Positions 15,097 through 20,000 of a DNA stretch of 20,000 bases are shown here, piece after piece. The translations under genes and the position numbers were made by a program. Source of the DNA: an uncultured virus (IMG/VR IMGVR_UViG_3300021164_000690). Lineage: Duplodnaviria > Heunggongvirae > Uroviricota > Caudoviricetes. How positions within the stretch are numbered: the stretch's first letter is position 1; each line of letters starts with the position of its first letter. The DNA lies in IMG/VR virus record IMGVR_UViG_3300021164_000690; one strand, given 5' to 3'. The notes under the pieces are model-generated. The model saw nothing but the letters and a program-made list of their open reading frames with translations, had not been told where the DNA came from and did not search any database.

Positions 15097-16632
15097 TTAA
15101 CTTGATACTATTTGTCCAAATCTCATCCATTCGCCTGGAGATCCTTCTCTAACACATACCCATCCAATATAGTCTGTATCTTTAGGATCAGTGTTCCAAC
15201 AAATATCGCCTTTCTGGTAAATGCCAACTGTGGGTTTACTAGAACTCTTAACAAACTTCTTACCATTAAGGCTAACTGCTCCGCCTACAGTAAATGCAAC
15301 ATCACCAGCAGGAACCTTTACGCCAACACTTAATTGACCATAGACTTTTACTAGTCTATTAACATTGTATTCGTTTCCAAATTCAATTGCACCATTTGCA
15401 TCAATTTTAAATTCTTGTTCACTATCACACATCACTGAAAACGTGTCTTTGACTCTGATGCCTGATGATGATAATTCAAAATTATTAACATTATTAAATC
15501 TAATAGTGTCGGATATAATAGTAGTTTGTTGTGGTCCAACTGAAATGGAGCCTTTTACAGCAGTATCACCAGCAACTGCTAATGATTGAAGTGTGCCAAC
15601 GCTGGTCAAACGACTGCTACTTACTCCGTCACCTAACTTATTTTTGGATAAAACCAATTGGCCAGCAATTGAATAATATTTTTCATTAGATAAATCAATT
15701 ATTTCTGTTGACCAAATTCGATCTGGACCTGCTGTATAACTTAAATGTTTTTGTGTTCGGCCTTGATTCCAAAATACACCTGTGCCATAAATGTCACTAT
15801 CAGATGTAGCTGTAAACACTAGGGATTCGTTGATTTCTTTAGTGCTTGTAGTGATAATTTCATCAACTTCCAAGCGACCGTTAATTTTTAAAATACCGTT
15901 TTTATATGACGGATGACCAATAATAACTTCGCCCGTATTCTTCAATGTTAGTCTAGTAGTATTATCGGTGCCTAATTCTAAATCAGTGTTATTATAAGTG
16001 CCAACATAGGCAGCATTGACTTTGTAACTGCTTAACACTAACTCTACATTGTTTTCAACGATGGTAATTGCACCGCTTGGGCTATCTGTATTAATACCTA
16101 AACGCTGATGAACAGGGTTAAAATATGCCCATTCGCCAATCTTGGCCGCACCCGCTACTTCCAAGCTCTTTAGTGTTCCAACTTTGCGTAAATTACTTTT
16201 TGTTACTGAATTGCCCAGTGTGTCTAAAGTTAGTACTGGCAAGTTTTCAATAAAAAAGGCCTTTCCTGGAGCTAAGTCAACGTTCAACGTACTCCAAAGT
16301 TTTCCACCTTCTTTATAAATGAATTGATTTGTAGTGTCACCGACTGTAAAGTTTAGACCTTTACCGTCTAGAGCAGCTTCGGATGCTTCTGAAAAATCTA
16401 AAGATCCAGTTGAACTGCTATTTTGATTGGTGACGATGTTTTTAGCATTGATAGTATCTACCGTAAGTGTGCCACGCACTTCGACGTCTTTGGCTAATTG
16501 TACGTTGGCTGCAAAAATAGCTGATCCCAACACAGTTATATCACCTGCGTGAGTTAGATTTCCCTCAGTATTCTTTACCTGTAGTCTATCCACTACTAGT
16601 TTGTCATCCACAATTGAAAGCAGTTGATTCAT
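15097..16632 (-). CDS. Probable virion structural (fibre/spike-like) protein (511 aa)
   Basis: Two copies of LGxxVxxSxLxxVGTLxSLxVAG, a RLGINTDSP fibre-type motif and a C-terminal PTVGIYQKGDICWN.......IGWVCV..G.PGEW..FG motif. Late-promoter core upstream. Confidence 0.72.
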   Translation of the reverse strand: MNQLLSIVDDKLVVDRLQVKNTEGNLTHAGDITVLGSAIFAANVQLAKDVEVRGTLTVDTINAKNIVTNQNSSSTGSLDFSEASEAALDGKGLNFTVGDTTNQFIYKEGGKLWSTLNVDLAPGKAFFIENLPVLTLDTLGNSVTKSNLRKVGTLKSLEVAGAAKIGEWAYFNPVHQRLGINTDSPSGAITIVENNVELVLSSYKVNAAYVGTYNNTDLELGTDNTTRLTLKNTGEVIIGHPSYKNGILKINGRLEVDEIITTSTKEINESLVFTATSDSDIYGTGVFWNQGRTQKHLSYTAGPDRIWSTEIIDLSNEKYYSIAGQLVLSKNKLGDGVSSSRLTSVGTLQSLAVAGDTAVKGSISVGPQQTTIISDTIRFNNVNNFELSSSGIRVKDTFSVMCDSEQEFKIDANGAIEFGNEYNVNRLVKVYGQLSVGVKVPAGDVAFTVGGAVSLNGKKFVKSSSKPTVGIYQKGDICWNTDPKDTDYIGWVCVREGSPGEWMRFGQIVSS

Positions 16633-16651
16633 AAGTTTTCCTCTTGTCTTA

Positions 16652-16657
16652 TATTTA
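16652..16657 (-). promoter_or_regulatory. T4-late-like promoter core (TAAATA) inside an RBS-sequestering hairpin
   Basis: Minus strand agtttcctatac TAAATA taagacaaGAGGaaaacttATG. Confidence 0.6.
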
Positions 16658-16702
16658 GTATAGGAAACTATATCAGCAATTCTGCCTGTTCAAGCGGAAT
16701 TA

Positions 16703-16740
16703 AGCATAGAAAATACCTACTAAAGGTATTTATCTATGCT
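16703..16740. repeat. Long inverted repeat (16-bp stem, 1-nt bulge, 5-nt loop) containing a GATAAATA box
   Basis: agcatagaaaatacct-actaa-aggtatttatctatgct, 8 bp downstream of the 403-aa gene stop. There is no clear U-tract. Confidence 0.8.
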
Positions 16741-16748
16741 CGGGTACT

Positions 16749-17960
16749 TTAACTTTGTACTTTAAGAAGAATGGTTTCTTCGTTGATACGACCATTCATT
16801 TTGGTATCAGTAGCGTTAATTTCATCTAAGAACTTACGCAATTGAACCTTGCCCGCTGCCTTAAACTCTTTAAGTTTTTCTTCGGGTTTGCGTACAGTCT
16901 TTTGAACACTCAAGTTTGCGTCAAAGCCAGTAATTGTAGTGCCTTTGACCCCTAACTCTTTGTATTCCTCTGCAACATAACGTCCAATCTTACGGCTCTT
17001 AGTATTGAATATCCACAACTCTTTTGAGCCAATGATATCAGTAGGACTAATGCTTACAAGTTTCAAAGGCTCATTGGTCTTCATGTACTTGAGTTTAGCA
17101 ACAATCTTTTCTGCTGGAACAGCTTTCTTAGCACGTGGCGCACGATTAACTTTGGCTTCTTGTGTAAGCATGTCGCAGGCACTGGCAATTTCTTGATAAA
17201 AAGCAATCAAGTTTTTAACTTGTTTTTTACTAAGATGACTGTATCCTTCACGCAACTGCTCGTCAGCTTTGCCACTAGCCAGTTCTTCTAACTCGGATAA
17301 ATCTCGAGCATAAAAATCTTTAATAATACGAGCATGTGCAGCCTTAACTCCCTTACCTTTGAGCAAGTTCAGCACCTTAAATGCTTTTGGATCAAACGCT
17401 TCTGGTTCTGTTTGAAATCCTTCGATAGCATCTTCAATCTCTTCGGTCATACCAAATGCGGCATCACGCACACGTTCTTGAATACTGGGTGTATGTATGT
17501 CTTTCTTATTTGATTCTGCCTTTGCGGCTTCTTCTTCCTCGTCAATATCGTATTTGCCATCCTCTACAATTTTTACAATGGCTGCACGTAACCACGCAGA
17601 AGTGCTACGACCATCATTAAAATCTGCACGGACATCTGGCATGCCACGTAGCAAACAACTTGCAATAGCACCCATAGTAACACCGCAACGTTGATCTCGT
17701 GTTTTCTTAAAAGCGGCAATATCTTCTTTAGTGCATTCTACACTAGTCATCCATTTAATAATGGCTGGCTTCAAATCTTTACCACTAAACTCTAAACGGT
17801 AGTATTCCATAGCAGTATGGAAATGACGCAAAAATTGGCTAGTGTCCATTGCTTCGGAATTGTCCCAAGTTGGACTATGATCTTTGACAGCACGAGTACG
17901 ATGTGCAATAACTTGCTTTTTAGTTACTCGGGTCTTTTTAGCTGGTGCTTTAGTTGCCAT
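16749..17960 (-). CDS. Hypothetical phage protein (403 aa), charged and probably helical, likely expressed early
   Basis: Long ORF with a GGAG SD and a consensus sigma70 promoter. No catalytic motif recognised. Confidence 0.85.
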   Translation of the reverse strand: MATKAPAKKTRVTKKQVIAHRTRAVKDHSPTWDNSEAMDTSQFLRHFHTAMEYYRLEFSGKDLKPAIIKWMTSVECTKEDIAAFKKTRDQRCGVTMGAIASCLLRGMPDVRADFNDGRSTSAWLRAAIVKIVEDGKYDIDEEEEAAKAESNKKDIHTPSIQERVRDAAFGMTEEIEDAIEGFQTEPEAFDPKAFKVLNLLKGKGVKAAHARIIKDFYARDLSELEELASGKADEQLREGYSHLSKKQVKNLIAFYQEIASACDMLTQEAKVNRAPRAKKAVPAEKIVAKLKYMKTNEPLKLVSISPTDIIGSKELWIFNTKSRKIGRYVAEEYKELGVKGTTITGFDANLSVQKTVRKPEEKLKEFKAAGKVQLRKFLDEINATDTKMNGRINEETILLKVQS

Positions 17961-17992
17961 TTTCTTGCTCCGTTTTGTTAAACAATACGTAT

Positions 17993-18021
17993 ATTATATG
18001 TGAATTTGTGCCAAATGTCAA
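17993..18021 (-). promoter_or_regulatory. Consensus sigma70 promoter TTGACA-17bp-TATAAT
   Basis: Minus strand TTGACA tttggcacaaattcaca TATAAT, 32 bp upstream of the ATG at 17960. Confidence 0.88.
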
Positions 18022-18242
18022 GCCCATTTGAGTAAAAACCAATCCAAATGCTGTCTTTTTTTGAATTCGAAAACATTGTATGCTGTGCGTGAATGCTTGC
18101 CAAATGTGGTTTTACACCAATCATTTATAAAAACATAAGTTTCTTCTGGATATGTTTCGTTATAAACATCCATTTCATATTCGTTTTCTGCCCAAACGTA
18201 TGCTAACCATTTTGATCCAGACTGTCTAGTTTCTATAAACAT
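18018..18242 (-). CDS. Small hypothetical phage protein (about 74 aa; ATG at 18242 preferred over GTG at 18257)
   Basis: It fills the gap in the gene-dense minus strand. Aromatic-rich WC...F.F.......WFLLKW pattern, common in small proteins of large phages. Confidence 0.7.
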   Translation of the reverse strand: MFIETRQSGSKWLAYVWAENEYEMDVYNETYPEETYVFINDWCKTTFGKHSRTAYNVFEFKKRQHLDWFLLKWA

Positions 18243-18257
18243 AGAGTATATAGTCAC

Positions 18258-18283
18258 AAAAAAAAGGATCCGAAGATCCTTTT
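18258..18283 (-). terminator. Intrinsic terminator with a cUUCGg tetraloop
   Basis: Minus strand aaaaGGATC-TTCG-GATCC-TTTTTTTT. Confidence 0.92.
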
Positions 18284-18298
18284 AGTATAATTGCAAGA

Positions 18299-18601
18299 TT
18301 ACTTGGTTGCCGAAGCAGCCTCTTTAGCCTTCTTTTTTGCCTCACGTTCTTCTTTAGTTAATGGTTTCTTAACTACGTCTTTACATTTTGGATCTTTCTT
18401 GATATCGCAATGTACATGCTCTGGGCCTTTGGCAGCTGGCTTTTTCTCAACTGGCTTTTTATCAGCTGGTTTTTTATCAGCTGGTTTTTTCTCAGCTGGT
18501 TTAGTTACTGCTGGTTTTTTCTCAGTTGGCTTAGTGTCTGCGGCTTGTGCTGAAAAAGATAGTGCTAGTGCAAGTCCTGCAACGAAAATTAGTTTGTTCA
18601 T
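18299..18601 (-). CDS. Secreted/periplasmic lysine-rich repeat protein (100 aa)
   Basis: Sec signal peptide MNKLIFVAGLALALSFSAQA (AxA site), seven xKPAx-type pentapeptide repeats, an HVHC-x7-C motif, an AGGAG SD and a late-promoter box. Confidence 0.85.
   Translation of the reverse strand: MNKLIFVAGLALALSFSAQAADTKPTEKKPAVTKPAEKKPADKKPADKKPVEKKPAAKGPEHVHCDIKKDPKCKDVVKKPLTKEEREAKKKAKEAASATK
18435..18539 (-). repeat. Degenerate 15-bp coding tandem repeat x7 (consensus plus strand GCTGGTTTTTT[A/C]TCA; EKKPA/DKKPA)
   Basis: Units start at 18435, 18450, 18465, 18480, 18495, 18510 and 18525. Confidence 0.85.
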
Positions 18602-18620
18602 GATTTAGCTCCTTACCCAA

Positions 18621-18628
18621 TATTTATC
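18621..18628 (-). promoter_or_regulatory. T4-late-like promoter (GATAAATA)
   Basis: Minus strand gGATAAATAttgggtaAGGAGctaaatcATG, directly after a terminator. Confidence 0.62.
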
Positions 18629-18629
18629 C

Positions 18630-18664
18630 AAAAAGAAAGCCCACGGGCTTTATCCATGGGCTTT
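18630..18664 (-). terminator. Intrinsic terminator after the 279-aa gene
   Basis: Minus strand aaagcccatgg-ataaagc-ccgtgggcttt followed by cttttt. Confidence 0.8.
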
Positions 18665-18699
18665 TTGATATGCTTTAATCTAAACTTTACATAGATTGG

Positions 18700-19539
18700 T
18701 TATGTCCACAGGCTGTCGCGAGCTTTGATCAATCGAATCATCATTGCTTCATCTTCTTTTTCATAATCGGATTCAATCTTTTGAAGCAACTTATGAGCCT
18801 TATCGCTAGCTTTTTTAAGTACAGGATCTTTTTCCCGTCCCCAATTTAGCTTGCCACCGTTGGCAATACGACTTGCTTCGCAGGCCGCGGTCCATCCACT
18901 TGCTTCATATGGGTCAGGACGGTTTCGGTAAGTCACAGTCCACCAGGTGTACAACTCTTTGATTTCTTTTGCACGGATAGCTTGCCCAGTTGGCTTGCCG
19001 TAGTCTGGATGATCAGGACCACACCAATCAGTGTTAGTCAGAGTCATTGCCCAATCTAGATGATCAATACCTGCTTGAGGACAACGCCAAGTGCGCCAAC
19101 GGAACCAACCACTAGCCCAAAAGGGAGGATCATACTTAGCACGAGCTTCTTTATCTCCCCAGGCGATGTGCGACCATGCGGATTCGACTTCGACGAAATC
19201 CACCAACTCATTAAATAGGCATGGCAAGAACCGATTGCCAACATCGCACCAAGCACCAGGCTTGATATCACGAGTATGAGCGGTAAGAGAATGAGTACGG
19301 CTAACCCAGCGATTATTGATGTAATACTTAACATCGTAGATCTTTCTAACGGGCCAAGTTACAAAATCCTGGATGTAGCCTAGGCCCTCTTCGGCTAACC
19401 AGTAACGAAAATTATGCTTCATTTGTGCGGCTGTTGTCCAGTCGTCCCATTCTTCGGCAGTGCCTGCACTGAGTTTTTTAGTGCCGCGAAGCCAGTCTGC
19501 AAACGGAGTACAACTCCAATAACGTGAATGTTGTGCCAT
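18700..19539 (-). CDS. Trp-rich hypothetical phage protein (279 aa)
   Basis: Long ORF, translationally coupled to the upstream gene (TAATG overlap at 19537-19541). No function recognised. Confidence 0.85.
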   Translation of the reverse strand: MAQHSRYWSCTPFADWLRGTKKLSAGTAEEWDDWTTAAQMKHNFRYWLAEEGLGYIQDFVTWPVRKIYDVKYYINNRWVSRTHSLTAHTRDIKPGAWCDVGNRFLPCLFNELVDFVEVESAWSHIAWGDKEARAKYDPPFWASGWFRWRTWRCPQAGIDHLDWAMTLTNTDWCGPDHPDYGKPTGQAIRAKEIKELYTWWTVTYRNRPDPYEASGWTAACEASRIANGGKLNWGREKDPVLKKASDKAHKLLQKIESDYEKEDEAMMIRLIKARDSLWT

Positions 19540-19976
19540 TATACTTTCTCGTATGTTTGTGCAAAAATATCTTTTTTAACTACACCGTAGTCGTTTTCAC
19601 CATGACGAACAATAACATCTTCGCCTGGATTGTAGTGTAACTTCTCGCCCCAGCTGGTGTCAACCGATCCAGAGTGATCTGCCAACTTAGCAAACTTGAT
19701 AATCTTTTTTGGTGTGCAAACACCATCACCTAGGTCATCTTTAAGATCACCAAATTTTTCTGGAGTAATAGGATACTGCTCACCTTTTGGTCCAGTCATA
19801 ATATAGTAACCTGCAGGATACTTAACTGGACCTTCAAGTGTATCAATAGTACCAGGTTCGTCAGCAATCTCATAACGCTCTTTAGCAGGACGCTTATAGG
19901 TTTTGAACCCGCCATCCTTAAACCAATCGTCAGTGACCCGCAGACCTTCTACAATATTGATAAATTCTCTAATCAT
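19539..19976 (-). CDS. PGDYG-like tandem-domain protein (145 aa)
   Basis: Two similar halves: IDTLEG...PAGYYIMTGPKGEQYPITPEKF and VDTSWGE...PGEDVIVRHGENDYGVVKKDIFAQTYE. Confidence 0.7.
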   Translation of the reverse strand: MIREFINIVEGLRVTDDWFKDGGFKTYKRPAKERYEIADEPGTIDTLEGPVKYPAGYYIMTGPKGEQYPITPEKFGDLKDDLGDGVCTPKKIIKFAKLADHSGSVDTSWGEKLHYNPGEDVIVRHGENDYGVVKKDIFAQTYEKV

Positions 19977-19979
19977 TTT

Positions 19980-20000
19980 CTATCGCCAAAAAGTTGTAAC
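19980..20000 (-). CDS. Possible 3' end of an upstream gene (...VTTFWR*)
   Basis: Open frame ending in TAG 3 bp before the next ATG. Only 21 bp are visible. Confidence 0.35.
   Translation of the reverse strand, partial: VTTFWR

Noticed and set aside
16678..16701. GTTCAA-containing stem-loop resembling a tRNA T-arm
   Set aside because: No acceptor stem, D-arm or anticodon arm can be built around it.
12882..19334. Short ORFs nested in or antisense to uvsE and the 511-aa, 403-aa, 100-aa and 279-aa genes
   Set aside because: They overlap better-supported genes and have no independent expression signals.
1..20000. Stop-codon reassignment, as seen in some large phages
   Set aside because: Genes are intact and densely packed in the standard code, and TAA, TAG and TGA all appear as stops at gene ends.

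Overview
This is a 20 kb segment of a large T4-like or jumbo-type tailed phage genome in the standard genetic code, probably infecting a proteobacterium (inferred from the ErpA and UvsE sequences). Nearly all genes are on the minus strand. The left 11.9 kb looks like a late structural operon. It runs from an A-type Fe-S carrier (ErpA/IscA) into two giant fibre/baseplate-type proteins (2534 aa and 1288 aa) that share a T4 gp9/gp10-like N-terminal motif, followed by the start of a further virion-type gene. The right part holds a UV-damage endonuclease (UvsE), an unannotated 49-aa membrane ORF, a GT-A glycosyltransferase, a divergent QueD/PTPS-family enzyme, a 511-aa virion protein and several hypothetical genes. 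Two promoter classes are visible: near-perfect sigma70 promoters and T4-late-like TAAATA boxes. There are also several intrinsic terminators. Three signals stand out. (1) A preQ1-I-riboswitch-like pseudoknotted RNA sits in the leader of the queD-glycosyltransferase pair. (2) A three-hairpin intergenic region appears to hide the RBS of a virion gene unless transcription starts at an internal late promoter. (3) A mosaic fibre protein is built from variable modules joined by about 10 copies of a W-x-F-x-x-D-G-x-L-x-L-P linker.
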